This document shows positions 49,013 to 58,620 of a stretch of 64,000 nt of DNA, one piece after another. Source of the stretch: an uncultured delta proteobacterium (lineage in GTDB: Bacteria; Myxococcota_A; UBA9160; UBA4427); contig CAWGJT010000014.1 in the NCBI GenBank assembly GCA_963822965.1, positions 288,001-352,000 of the forward strand, in the 5' to 3' direction. The notes beneath the pieces were generated by a model. It worked only from the letters and a program-made list of their open reading frames with translations, was not told where the DNA came from and made no database searches. How positions within the stretch are numbered: the stretch's first letter is position 1; each line of letters starts with the position of its first letter. The position numbers were made by a program, and so were the translations under genes.

Positions 49013-51043
49013 ATGAACATCCCTTCGCCCTGGAGCCGGCGTGTCGCGGGAGTGGCGGTTCTCGTCGCCGCGCTCGCGAGCCTCTCGGGCAGCCGGCCGG
49101 CTGCGGCCGAGCCCACCGGCGCGCCGCCTCCGCCCGCGGAATCGGCCTCTCCGCCCGCCGAGGCCATCCCGGTCTACGACGTCTACGTCACGTCCGAGAA
49201 GGACGTGGTCTCGGGGGTCGCGACGACGCGGGAGGTCGATCGCGAGGACATGCGCCAGGAAGGGGCACGCACCCTCGACGAGGCGCTGGTGCACGAGCCC
49301 TCGCTCATCGTGCGCACGGGCGGCGAGGGCTCTCCGCGCATCGACATCCGCGGTCTGCGAACGCGGCAGATCCTGACCCTGATCGACGGCGTGCCGTTCT
49401 ACTCCACCGAGGACGGCGCCTTCGATCCGTCGCTCATCCCCACCCAGATCATCGACCGCGTGGACGTCATCTACAGCAACAGCTCGGTCCTCTACGGCGA
49501 CGGTCCCATCGCCGGCATCCTGCAGATCCGCACGCGCTCGGGCCAGGAGGGCCTCCACGCGGAGGCGAAGGGCGACTTCCGCAGCGGCGAGCAGAACCTG
49601 GGCGAAGCCTCGGTCTCCGGTGCGGGGCACGACGTCCAGGGCTTCGCCGCCGCCCGCTACTACGAGAGCGAGGGCTGGGACCTGCCCGATTCCTTCGACA
49701 GCACCGCGCTCGAGAACGGCGGCCGTCGCGAGAACTCCGACCGCCGCCAGGCCAACCTGTTCGGAAAGGTGGGATACGCGATCAACGACCGGGCGCGGGT
49801 GGACGCGCTGGTGGACTACCGCCACGCGGAGTACGGCGTGCCGTGGCGCGTGGAGCAGCAGACGGACTTCGTCGGCCGAGCCCGCTTCGAGCGCGTCGAC
49901 CACGTGGACGGGTTCACGACCCAGCTCTCCGGTCAGCTCGACGCCAGCGACCGGGTGTCCCTGCGTTCCTGGGGCTTCGTGACGCAGCAGGAGGAGAAGC
50001 GCTCGAGCTACGACGACCCCGATCTCGACAGCATGCTCGCGCGCAACTCGTCCCAGCTGACCGGTACGGCGCTCATCACCGGCGGGGCGATCCACGGCCG
50101 CATCGACGGGGACGCCCTCGGAACCCTGCGGCTCGCCTTCAACGGCCGCTACGAGCACTTCGAGACCGACGGGCGCATTCGCGAATCGAACAACGCCGAC
50201 TTCAGCATCGTCCACGAGCGAAACGGTCTCGGCGCCTGGTCCCTGGCTGCGGAGTACGAGCTGAAGCCCATCGAATCCGTGGGCCTCGTCGTCGGCTACG
50301 GCCACGCGTTCCTCGAGGGAGACGCCGGGGTCGACGACGACGGGAGTCTCTTCCTGGCGGGCGCCTACTGGGACCTGCCGACGGACACGCGCCTGCGCGG
50401 CTCGGCGGCCCACAAGCTGCGCTTTCCCTCACTGCGGCAGTTCTACGCGGTGGACGGCGGCAACCGGTCGCTCGACTCGGAGCGCTGCTGGTGCTTCGAG
50501 GTGGGCATCGCGCAGAAGCTTCCCGCCGACACCACCTTCGAGATCACCGGCTTCTGGCTGGACTTCGAGGACTTCATCGAGCGCGACGAGTCGGGCGTCT
50601 TCGACAATCGAGACAAGCTCGAGTCCCGGGGCTTCGAGGTGGAGCTGACGACCCGGCCCTGGGAGCCCCTCCTGCTGCGCGTCGGCTACACGTACCTGGA
50701 CGTCCACGACCGCAGCTCGGGCTCCACCTTCGATCGACTCGACAATCGCCCCCGCAACAAGGTGGACGCCGAGATCCGCTACCGGCTTCCCACGCGGACC
50801 ATGTTCCGGCTGGCCATGAGCTACATCTCCGACAATCTCGTCTACCAACGAAATCCACCGTTCCACAGCACCCACCTCGACGACTTCGCGATCTTCGACG
50901 TCCGGCTCGAGCAGCCTTTCGCCGACGATCGGTTGAGCTTCTACTTCGGCGTGGACAACTTCACGGACGAGAAGTCCGAGATCAACGTGGCCTTTCCGCA
51001 GCCGGGCCGGAGCTACTATGGCGGCGTCGACCTTCGCTTCTGA
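49013..51043 (+). CDS. TonB-dependent outer-membrane receptor
   Basis: Plug motifs IDIRG, LIDGVP, IDRVDVI..NSSVLYG..IAG; C-terminal GVDNFTDE...PGRSYYGGVDLRF. Confidence 0.93.
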   Translation: MNIPSPWSRRVAGVAVLVAALASLSGSRPAAAEPTGAPPPPAESASPPAEAIPVYDVYVTSEKDVVSGVATTREVDREDMRQEGARTLDEALVHEPSLIVRTGGEGSPRIDIRGLRTRQILTLIDGVPFYSTEDGAFDPSLIPTQIIDRVDVIYSNSSVLYGDGPIAGILQIRTRSGQEGLHAEAKGDFRSGEQNLGEASVSGAGHDVQGFAAARYYESEGWDLPDSFDSTALENGGRRENSDRRQANLFGKVGYAINDRARVDALVDYRHAEYGVPWRVEQQTDFVGRARFERVDHVDGFTTQLSGQLDASDRVSLRSWGFVTQQEEKRSSYDDPDLDSMLARNSSQLTGTALITGGAIHGRIDGDALGTLRLAFNGRYEHFETDGRIRESNNADFSIVHERNGLGAWSLAAEYELKPIESVGLVVGYGHAFLEGDAGVDDDGSLFLAGAYWDLPTDTRLRGSAAHKLRFPSLRQFYAVDGGNRSLDSERCWCFEVGIAQKLPADTTFEITGFWLDFEDFIERDESGVFDNRDKLESRGFEVELTTRPWEPLLLRVGYTYLDVHDRSSGSTFDRLDNRPRNKVDAEIRYRLPTRTMFRLAMSYISDNLVYQRNPPFHSTHLDDFAIFDVRLEQPFADDRLSFYFGVDNFTDEKSEINVAFPQPGRSYYGGVDLRF

Positions 51044-53195
51044 GCCGGGCGGCACGCCCGAGCCCTCGCTCGCCCTCTCGGGCTACGGCTGGACGCCGCC
51101 CGGCGCCAGCTCGCCCGTGCTGGAAGACGTGACCCTGCAGGTCGCGCCCGGCGAGTGCGTGCTGCTCGCGGGTGCCACCGGCTCCGGCAAGAGCACGCTC
51201 CTGCGAGCGATCGCGGGTGCGTTGCCGCCGGGCGGTACGGCACGGGGAAGCCTGCACGTGGCGGGTCGCGCGGCACTGCTGTTCCAGGACGTGGACACGC
51301 AGCTTCTCTTCAGCACCGTCGCGGAGGAGGTGGCCTCCGGGATCCGCGGCGCGGTCGGCGCCGCGCAGCGAGCCGCTCGGGTGGAGGCGGCCCTCGCCGG
51401 GGTGGGCCTGGCGGGCTTTGCCGAACGCCCGGTGGTGGACCTCTCGGCGGGCGAGCGCCAGCGGGTGGTGCTGGCTGCGCTGCTCGCGAGCGAGCCGTCC
51501 GTGCTGCTCCTCGACGAGCCGACCAGCGCTCTCGACCCGCCGGGGCGTGCGCGGCTCGTGGCAGCGCTGGCGGGCCTCAAGGCCCTTGGACACAGCCTGC
51601 TCATCGCCGAGCACCTGATGGCTCCTTTCCGGGAGCTCGCGGACCGCTGCTTCGTCGTGCAGGGCGGACGCGTCCTTCCGGGCTCGGTGACTCGCGCGGT
51701 CGCCGCGCCGGCGCCGCCCGCGCCCGCGGCCGACCCGGGCACGCCGGTGCTGCTTCGCTGGGACGGGGTCGAGGTCTGCGACGCCGACGGGCGCACCCGC
51801 CTGTCTGCCACGGACCTCTGCGTGCATCGCGGCGAGAGACTGGTCGTGAGCGGGCCCAACGGCTCGGGGAAGACCACGCTGCTCCACGTGCTGGCGGGGC
51901 TCACGGCCCCCTCCCGGGGCCGCGTCGATCGGGATGACGCGCTGCTGGCTTCCGGCGGCGAGCCGCGGCGCGTGGCGCCGGGTCGGGTAGCGCTGGTCCT
52001 CCAGAACCCACCCCGCAACCTCTTCGCACGCAGCGTCGCCGAGGAGCTGGCCTTCACGCTCTCCCGCACCGGCTGGCCCGCCGCGGCCGTGGAGCCCCGG
52101 GTGCGCGAGCTGCTCGACGCCTGCGGGCTCGCCGGCGTCCGGGAGCGCTCGCCGCTGCGCCTCTCGTTCGGTGAGCAGCATTGCGTGGCGATCGCCGCCG
52201 CCCTCGCTTCGCGTCCTGCTCTGCTACTCCTCGACGAGCCCTTCGCCGGTCTCGATGCAGGCATGCGAGGTCGGCTCCTCGCACGGGTCGGCCGCGAGCA
52301 GGCGCGCACCGGCATGGCCGTCGTGATCGCGACCCACGATGCCACCGGGCTCGAAGCCTGGTCCCGCCGACGGCTCGTCCTGGGCGCGACGCGCGCAGAG
52401 CGACCTTCGCGAGATTCGCGAGACGGCGCCGCCGTGTACGTCCCGTTCCGGCCGGACCGCGCCGATGCGGCCCCGCCCCCCGCCGGGCGACCGGTGTCGG
52501 CGCCCGGTCGGGCCTGGCACTACCGGGACACCGGCTCGCCCCTGCATCGTCTCGGTGTCGGTTGGAAGCTCCTCGGCGTGATCCTGGGCGGCGTCGCGGC
52601 GGTCGCCGCGCACACACCCCTGGCGCTGGCGGCGCTGCTGGCCGCCTGGCTTGCGGGCTACGCGCTCGCCCGGCTTCGCGTCTCGGAGCTCTGGCAGGAC
52701 ACCCGCTGGCTGCTGGTCCAGGCCGCCGTGATCGTCGCGCTCTCCATGTTGCGCGACGGATCGGAAGGTGCGGCGACGGGCCTGCGCGCGGCCTGTCAGA
52801 TCGCGCTGTTCTTCCTGCCCGGGGCGCTGCTCCTGCGGACCACTCCCACGGGCCGCATGCTGGAGAGCGTCGAACGGCTGCTGCCGCCGAGACTCGCCTT
52901 CGCGCTGGCCACCAGCCTGCGCTTCGTGCCCTTCTTCGCGAGAGAGCTGCACGAGATCATCTCGGTTCAGCACCTGCGGGGGGCCCTGCTGGCGCGTCGC
53001 GACCTCTGGCGCCTGCAGGCGTGGCGCGACGCAGTGGAGTGCGCCGGCGTTCCGCTGGCCGTACGTCTGATCCATACTGCGGGTGAGGTCGCCCGCGCCG
53101 CGGAGACGCGCGGCATCGCGGAGGGGCCGCCCGAGGTGAGCGAGGCGAGCGAGGAAAGCAAGGCAAGCGAGAAAGGCGAGGAGAGGTCTTCATGA
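51018..53195 (+). CDS. ECF transporter fusion: two ABC ATPase domains plus EcfT (start uncertain)
   Basis: GATGSGKST/LSAGERQR/DEPT, then GPNGSGKTT/LSFGEQH/DEPF, then SPLHRL...K, SLRFVP, Q.LRG and AETRG (T-component xRG motifs). Confidence 0.85.
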   Translation: MAASTFASEPGGTPEPSLALSGYGWTPPGASSPVLEDVTLQVAPGECVLLAGATGSGKSTLLRAIAGALPPGGTARGSLHVAGRAALLFQDVDTQLLFSTVAEEVASGIRGAVGAAQRAARVEAALAGVGLAGFAERPVVDLSAGERQRVVLAALLASEPSVLLLDEPTSALDPPGRARLVAALAGLKALGHSLLIAEHLMAPFRELADRCFVVQGGRVLPGSVTRAVAAPAPPAPAADPGTPVLLRWDGVEVCDADGRTRLSATDLCVHRGERLVVSGPNGSGKTTLLHVLAGLTAPSRGRVDRDDALLASGGEPRRVAPGRVALVLQNPPRNLFARSVAEELAFTLSRTGWPAAAVEPRVRELLDACGLAGVRERSPLRLSFGEQHCVAIAAALASRPALLLLDEPFAGLDAGMRGRLLARVGREQARTGMAVVIATHDATGLEAWSRRRLVLGATRAERPSRDSRDGAAVYVPFRPDRADAAPPPAGRPVSAPGRAWHYRDTGSPLHRLGVGWKLLGVILGGVAAVAAHTPLALAALLAAWLAGYALARLRVSELWQDTRWLLVQAAVIVALSMLRDGSEGAATGLRAACQIALFFLPGALLLRTTPTGRMLESVERLLPPRLAFALATSLRFVPFFARELHEIISVQHLRGALLARRDLWRLQAWRDAVECAGVPLAVRLIHTAGEVARAAETRGIAEGPPEVSEASEESKASEKGEERSS

Positions 53196-53917
53196 ACGTG
53201 CGCTGGCTGGTCTGCATCGACGACACCGACAACGAGGACAGCATCGGAACCGGGAAGCTGGCGCGCTGGCTGGGCGCTTCGCTGCAGGAGCGCGGTCTGC
53301 TCCACGGTGAGCTCTCCGTCACCCGGCATCAGCTGCTCGTCCATCCCGACATCCCCTACACGTCTCACAACAGCTCGGCGTGCATCGAGGCCTGGGGCGG
53401 CGAGGATGCCGGCGCGCTCCTGGACGCGGCGCGCGACTACCTGAAGCAGAACTGGCACGAAGGAGCGAACCCGGGCCTCTGCGTGATCCACGCGGACGCG
53501 GTGCCGCCGGCCCTGGTGACGATCGCCCGGTCGGCACAACGCGAGGTGCTCGACCTGGACGCGTTCGACCGCGCGGTCCGTCCGTTGCAGCTGGCGCTGT
53601 GGTCCTGGGGCGAGACCGGGCAGGGTCGTATCGGCGCGTGCTCGGGGGCGGCGCTGCGCAGCACCGGCGAGGACGGTCGCTTCATCGGCCTGCGCGGCAT
53701 TCGCGATCTCACCGGCTGTCTGCCCGTGCGGGAGATCTGTGCGCGCTCCGGGGTGGACGAGGTGCGGCTCGTGGGAGGCGACGCGCTCGCTGGGGACACC
53801 GAGATCGACACCCGCGACTGGGTACGGCCGTCGTTGCTGGGCGGACGGGCGGTGTTCTTCGTGCGCGAGGAGGCGGGCCGGCTCGTCCCCGCCGAGAAGC
53901 GCTCCAAGGACGACTGA
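53192..53917 (+). CDS. TiaS N-terminal-domain-like (DDTD) protein
   Basis: CIDDTD...GTG, TRHQLLVHPDIPYTSHNSSAC, NPGLC and GQGRIGA resemble the TiaS catalytic core; no OB-fold or Zn ribbon. Confidence 0.6.
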   Translation: MNVRWLVCIDDTDNEDSIGTGKLARWLGASLQERGLLHGELSVTRHQLLVHPDIPYTSHNSSACIEAWGGEDAGALLDAARDYLKQNWHEGANPGLCVIHADAVPPALVTIARSAQREVLDLDAFDRAVRPLQLALWSWGETGQGRIGACSGAALRSTGEDGRFIGLRGIRDLTGCLPVREICARSGVDEVRLVGGDALAGDTEIDTRDWVRPSLLGGRAVFFVREEAGRLVPAEKRSKDD

Positions 53918-54465
53918 TGCCTGGTCGGGGGCTCGGCCTCCGCGATCTCGATACGCGCGAAGCGCTGCTGCTGGCGTTCTTCGCCACGTTCATCGTGCTC
54001 GCGCGTGCCGCCATGCGCTGGCATCTGCACGTCCCCGGGCACTCGATGCTCGCCGCCGGGCTGCTTCTGGTACTGGCGCGGGCTTGCGTGGACCGCAGGG
54101 CGGCCGCGACCGTCGTGGGAACGCTCGCGGGTCTCGCCTGCGCAGCCATCGGCATGGGCAGCGCCGGTCCGCTTCTGGTGTTGAAGCTGGCCCTTCCGGG
54201 CGTGGCGGTGGACCTGGGATGGAAGCTGCTTCCCCTGCGCATGCCCCATCTGTTGCGTGGGGCGTTGCTCGGTGCCTTCGCCGGGGCGACGGACTTCGTC
54301 CCCGTGCTCATCGTCGAAGGGCTCGCGGGCGTTGCGGCTCCGGTGGTCGCGGGCCACGCGCTGCTCGCGGCCGGGACCAAGGCCGCCTTCGGGGCCGTGG
54401 GGGGCTGCGCGGCGCTGGCCATCGCGGAACGCCTACGGCACCACGGCGTCATCGCGCCCACCTGA
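53917..54465 (+). CDS. Putative ECF S-component (about 6 TM)
   Basis: 182-aa hydrophobic protein with HLHVPGHS, last gene of the ECF operon, TGATG-coupled. Confidence 0.65.
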   Translation: MPGRGLGLRDLDTREALLLAFFATFIVLARAAMRWHLHVPGHSMLAAGLLLVLARACVDRRAAATVVGTLAGLACAAIGMGSAGPLLVLKLALPGVAVDLGWKLLPLRMPHLLRGALLGAFAGATDFVPVLIVEGLAGVAAPVVAGHALLAAGTKAAFGAVGGCAALAIAERLRHHGVIAPT

Positions 54466-55524
54466 GGGCGAGCCGGTCCCCCGCGCCGGCGAGGCGAGGT
54501 CCTCTGCTGCGAGCGCCCCGGTTCGGGTGAGCGTCTCGACGATGGCACGCGCGGCCAGCTCGTGGCCGCGGGCGTTCCAGTGTCCGTCGCGGCCGAATCG
54601 GATCCGCGCGAGCTCGGCCGGATCCCGCGGAAAGCCGCTCCTCAGATCCGGAACGTCGAACGGGGACACGTCCACCCGGTAGGCGCCGGCCCCACACTCC
54701 TCGGGGGTCGGCAGGAAGAGCAGGGCGAATCGCGCGCCGTGGCGCTGCGCGACGCCGCGCGCCAGCTCGACGATGATGTGCGCGTCCTCCGCGGTGTGAG
54801 GCGGCCACAGCCAGTGAGCGATCCGCCGGATGCTCGCGCCCGTGTACTTCGCGTGGTAGAGGATCGCCTTCACGCGGTTGGACGGCGTGTCCAGGCGGGC
54901 GGTCACCAGCTCGCCGTCCCGCAGATCGGGACAGGCCTCGACCCGGCGCTTCGCCATCCGGCCGAAGAGGAACCGCGAGAGATAGGCGAACTCCGGCAGC
55001 GTCCGCTCGATGTCGTTCGAGATGGGGGTGAAGAGGACGAGGTCGCCCGGCTGGACGCGGTCCTGCAGCTCGACGAGCCGCTGCAGCTCCTGGGGAAGGC
55101 CGTAGGCGGCGACGCCGGCGTTCATCACGTGTACGTCCGGGGCGAGCCACTCCCGAGCCAGCACGCTCGGCCAGGCTTCGTCGTCCTCCACGCCCACGCC
55201 GAACGTGAAGGAGTCGCCGAACGCCCAGACGCGCCGCCTCGCCGCGCCCCGGTTCGGCACCCGGCGAAGCCCGTCGGCGTCGATCCCGTAGACGACGTCG
55301 AAGCTCCCCGGGCTCTGGTGCCGGCCCGTGGCGCCCGGCACCGGCGCCCAGCCCAGGCGCGGGTGCGGGGCGTAGACGCTCTGGATCGCCTCGTCCGGGT
55401 TCGGGTGCGCCATCCCTCGGTATCCGAGATACGCGTCGACGCCGAACAGGCTGGCCACCAGCGCGACGGTGGCGGCGACCGGTGCGAGGCGGGTCCATCG
55501 CGTGCCGGGCTCGCTCGTCACCAC
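54433..55524 (-). CDS. SGNH/GDSL hydrolase-like membrane-anchored protein
   Basis: HPRLGW, FGDSFTFG.GV, NAGV..YG and DGHWNARGH. Confidence 0.8.
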   Translation of the reverse strand: MVTSEPGTRWTRLAPVAATVALVASLFGVDAYLGYRGMAHPNPDEAIQSVYAPHPRLGWAPVPGATGRHQSPGSFDVVYGIDADGLRRVPNRGAARRRVWAFGDSFTFGVGVEDDEAWPSVLAREWLAPDVHVMNAGVAAYGLPQELQRLVELQDRVQPGDLVLFTPISNDIERTLPEFAYLSRFLFGRMAKRRVEACPDLRDGELVTARLDTPSNRVKAILYHAKYTGASIRRIAHWLWPPHTAEDAHIIVELARGVAQRHGARFALLFLPTPEECGAGAYRVDVSPFDVPDLRSGFPRDPAELARIRFGRDGHWNARGHELAARAIVETLTRTGALAAEDLASPARGTGSPSGGRDDAVVP

Positions 55525-55579
55525 GCGACGTCTCCCAGGGCCGAGCGGAAATCCCGCCCGTCGCCCGATCTCTCGGCCC

Positions 55580-57277
55580 CTACCGCTCGCAGCGGCTGTA
55601 GCTCAGGGCGCACTGCGAGGCGCACGTCATCTGCTGCATGTAGGCGGGGTCGCCGATGAGCTTCATCTTCTCGGCGTTCGACAGCTCCCGCAGCGCCTCG
55701 AGCTTCTCCTGCAGGGCGACGAACTCCTCGCAGCTGCAGCTGCATCCGTCGCCGGGCGGCGCGGGGGCCTGCGCCGGCTTCGGAGGGGGCGGGGTCGCGG
55801 GCGCCGTGGGGCGGCGGTCGGCCTCCGCAGGCGGGGCGGCCGTCGCCGGCGCGAGCGGTTCCCCTGCAGCCGGGTCCACGAGCTCGACCTGCAGCAGCGT
55901 CCTCGCGTGCTCGGTGCTCCAGCGGTGACCGACCAGCCAGGGCGTGGACGCGGTGCCCGCCATCGCTTCGAGCTTTCCCGCGCTCACGCCCAGGGGCACC
56001 GTCGAGGTCGCCTCACCCGAGGCGTCCACCCTCGTCACGTGGAGGTGCGTGTCCGGCGTGCCCTTCGGATCCCGCTCGCCCACGAGCAGGAAGCCCCCGT
56101 CGGCGGTGGGGAGGAAGTCCTCGAAGTCCCGTGCGCCCAGCCGCTCGGCCAGCCCGCCGAGATACACCTCGCGGCGCAGCGATCCATCGGAGCCGATCTC
56201 CAGGTAGTACGGGCCGCCGGCGGGAGGCACGCGGTCCCGGCGCACGGTCTTCGATGCCAGCATCGCGTACCCGGCGGGCGTCGTCTTGACGAGTGGGGAG
56301 TCGGTGGTGTTCGACGGGTTGGGCCGAAGGGATCGGGTACCGTACTCGAGGCCCAGCTCCTCCTGCAGCTTCCGCTGGGCTTCGACCTGCCGCATCTGCT
56401 CTTCGAAGGGCAGGTCGCGGGGAACCTGGAGATCCCCCTTCCACAGGAAGACGCGTTCCAGGGCCGGCGACACCCAGCGCATGCCGCCGTTCGGACCGAC
56501 GAGCAGCATGCGCGTCTCCGAGTGGACCTCGGCCACCAGGGTGCGGCCCGCGAGAGGGCGCTCGATCGGGTTCTCGATGTCGGTCTCGAGGCGCGTCACC
56601 CCGCGCGAGAGCGACGAGGTCACCGTCAGACCGATGCCGCCGCCCCGCACCGGGAAGACGCTGGTGAATCCCACCTTGGCGCCGCCGCGGTCGAAGCGGC
56701 CTTCGGCCAGCACCTGTCCCGTGGGAGACAGCTTGCGCCAGGCGATGCCGACCCACTCGCCGCGGTCGTCGTGGGCATCGGCGTCGACGACGAACAGGTT
56801 GCCGTCGTCGCTGGGACCGATGTTCGGGAAGCCCAGCTCCACCCGGGGCAGCGTCGGCAGCGCGGTCGACGAGCGCACCGAGCCGTCCCGCGCAGACCAG
56901 AGCTCCAGCGACTGCGGGCCCGAGCCCGGCGGACCCGGGGCCGGAACGGCGAGCACCTCGTCGTGGCCGCGCCGCAGAAGCAGCGCGCCGAAGGCCCGTT
57001 GGCCGCTGGCCAGGCGCCGCTGCTCGACGCGGCCGTCGGCGTGAAGGTCGGCCTCGTAGACGTTGATCGTCCAGCCCTCCGGATCCCCCGCGCGCTGCGC
57101 CAGCGACGGCATCGTCTGGTAGAGGACGCGGACCGTCTCGCCCCGGCGATCGACGTCGGCCAGGAAGTAGACCTCCATCGTGTCGGGGCGCTCCACCAGG
57201 CGGGGAGCCGCCAGCGCCCAGGTCGCGACCAGCAGGAGCGGTGCGGATACGGAGAGAGTGCGAGTGGCTCGAGACAT
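55580..57277 (-). CDS. Secreted hypothetical protein with a Pro-rich linker and Cys-rich C-terminal domain
   Basis: Signal peptide, beta-rich body and C-terminal CSCSCEE...CASQC.....C. Confidence 0.6.
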   Translation of the reverse strand: MSRATRTLSVSAPLLLVATWALAAPRLVERPDTMEVYFLADVDRRGETVRVLYQTMPSLAQRAGDPEGWTINVYEADLHADGRVEQRRLASGQRAFGALLLRRGHDEVLAVPAPGPPGSGPQSLELWSARDGSVRSSTALPTLPRVELGFPNIGPSDDGNLFVVDADAHDDRGEWVGIAWRKLSPTGQVLAEGRFDRGGAKVGFTSVFPVRGGGIGLTVTSSLSRGVTRLETDIENPIERPLAGRTLVAEVHSETRMLLVGPNGGMRWVSPALERVFLWKGDLQVPRDLPFEEQMRQVEAQRKLQEELGLEYGTRSLRPNPSNTTDSPLVKTTPAGYAMLASKTVRRDRVPPAGGPYYLEIGSDGSLRREVYLGGLAERLGARDFEDFLPTADGGFLLVGERDPKGTPDTHLHVTRVDASGEATSTVPLGVSAGKLEAMAGTASTPWLVGHRWSTEHARTLLQVELVDPAAGEPLAPATAAPPAEADRRPTAPATPPPPKPAQAPAPPGDGCSCSCEEFVALQEKLEALRELSNAEKMKLIGDPAYMQQMTCASQCALSYSRCER

Positions 57278-57430
57278 GCCTGGCCTGGATTCTACGGCTT
57301 CTCTTCGAGCTCCCGCCTGCCCCTGCGCCCTCCTTCTGCACCGGACGACAGGGGCGGACGGCCGCGCCGGTCGACGGGGTCGGATGGTCCCTGGGAGGCC
57401 TGTGTGCGAGCATACGCGCCGGAGGAGCCG

Positions 57431-58604
57431 ATGCCCGGTGCGCTCGTGGATGCGATGGTGGCCGGCCGGCTCGCACTGCGCGCCCTGGGCCGCCGGGCGC
57501 GCGGGGAGCTCGAGTCTTCCCCGGACCTCTCGGGCTTTCGGCGCGAGCTGGAGAACGCGCTCTCGCAGCTGCCGCACGACGTCGCCCTGGACGTCCAGTG
57601 GATCGACCTGCCCGCTCGCGAGCCGCCCTGGCGCGACTCGGGGATCGAGCTGGCCGCGGGCGACGCGGTCTCCTACTTCGCCGTGGGGCGGGTGTACGCG
57701 TCCCGGCCGCTGGACATCTGGATCGCTCCGAAGAACCAGATCTGGGCCCGCATCGGGAAGGAGGGCCCCATCGTCTCGAGCTCCCGCGACAGCAACACGC
57801 TGGTCGCGGAGCGCCCCGGGCGCCTCTACTTCGGCAACTACTTCCCCAACGACTGGGCCGATCCGTCGGGTGCCACCCTGCAGGACGACGCCGTCTACGG
57901 CAGCGTCGAGGGCGGAGACCTGTATCGCGGTGGTCCGCTGGGCCGGGTCGGCACGAGAAGGGCTCGAAGCGCTGCGGAAGGCCGGGGACCCCGCGAGCCT
58001 CGTCAGCGGGGAGATCGAGCGCCTCGACCGCGGCACCGGTGCACCCGACGGCTGGCACTACCTGTGGCACCTCGGCGACGCCGAGATCTTCCGTCCCATC
58101 GTGGCGCCCGACGGCACGCGGGCAATCGGATGCTCGGTGCGGGGGGACGTCGGCATCCTGCAGAAGGACGTCGATCTCGCTCTCACGCCCGGGACGTCTC
58201 TCTCCTGGCGCTGGAAGGTGGACCACGTTCCCGGACTCGTGCGCGAGGACAGCGTGCCCAGCCACGACTACCTCAGCATCGCGGTGGAGTTCGACGACGG
58301 CCGGGACATCACCTACTACTGGAGCTGCTCGCTTGCCCCGGGCACCGGCTTCGTGTGCCCGCTCCCGAACTGGAAGCACCGGGAGTTCCACGTGGTCGTG
58401 CGCCAGGGCCGTGAGGGGATGGGCGTCTGGCATGCCGAGACGCGCGACCTCCACGCCGACTACGCGCACTACATGGGTACGCCGCCGCGTCGCATCGTGC
58501 GGGTCTGGCTCATCGCCAACAGCATCTTCCAGCGCCAGCCGGGAGACTGCGCGTTCGCGGACATCCGATTGCACGGGGACGGGCGGACGCTCGACGTCAC
58601 GTAG
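57431..58604 (+). CDS. DUF3047 domain protein (frameshift near 57915)
   Basis: LSWRWKVD, HDYLSIAVEFD, ETRDLHADY and WLIANS. Confidence 0.7.
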
Positions 58605-58620
58605 GCGGTAGCGTGCGGGA

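Noticed and set aside
53192..53917. Calling this gene a true tiaS tRNA-modifying enzyme
   Set aside because: It is too short, lacks the tRNA-binding domains, and sits in a transporter operon.
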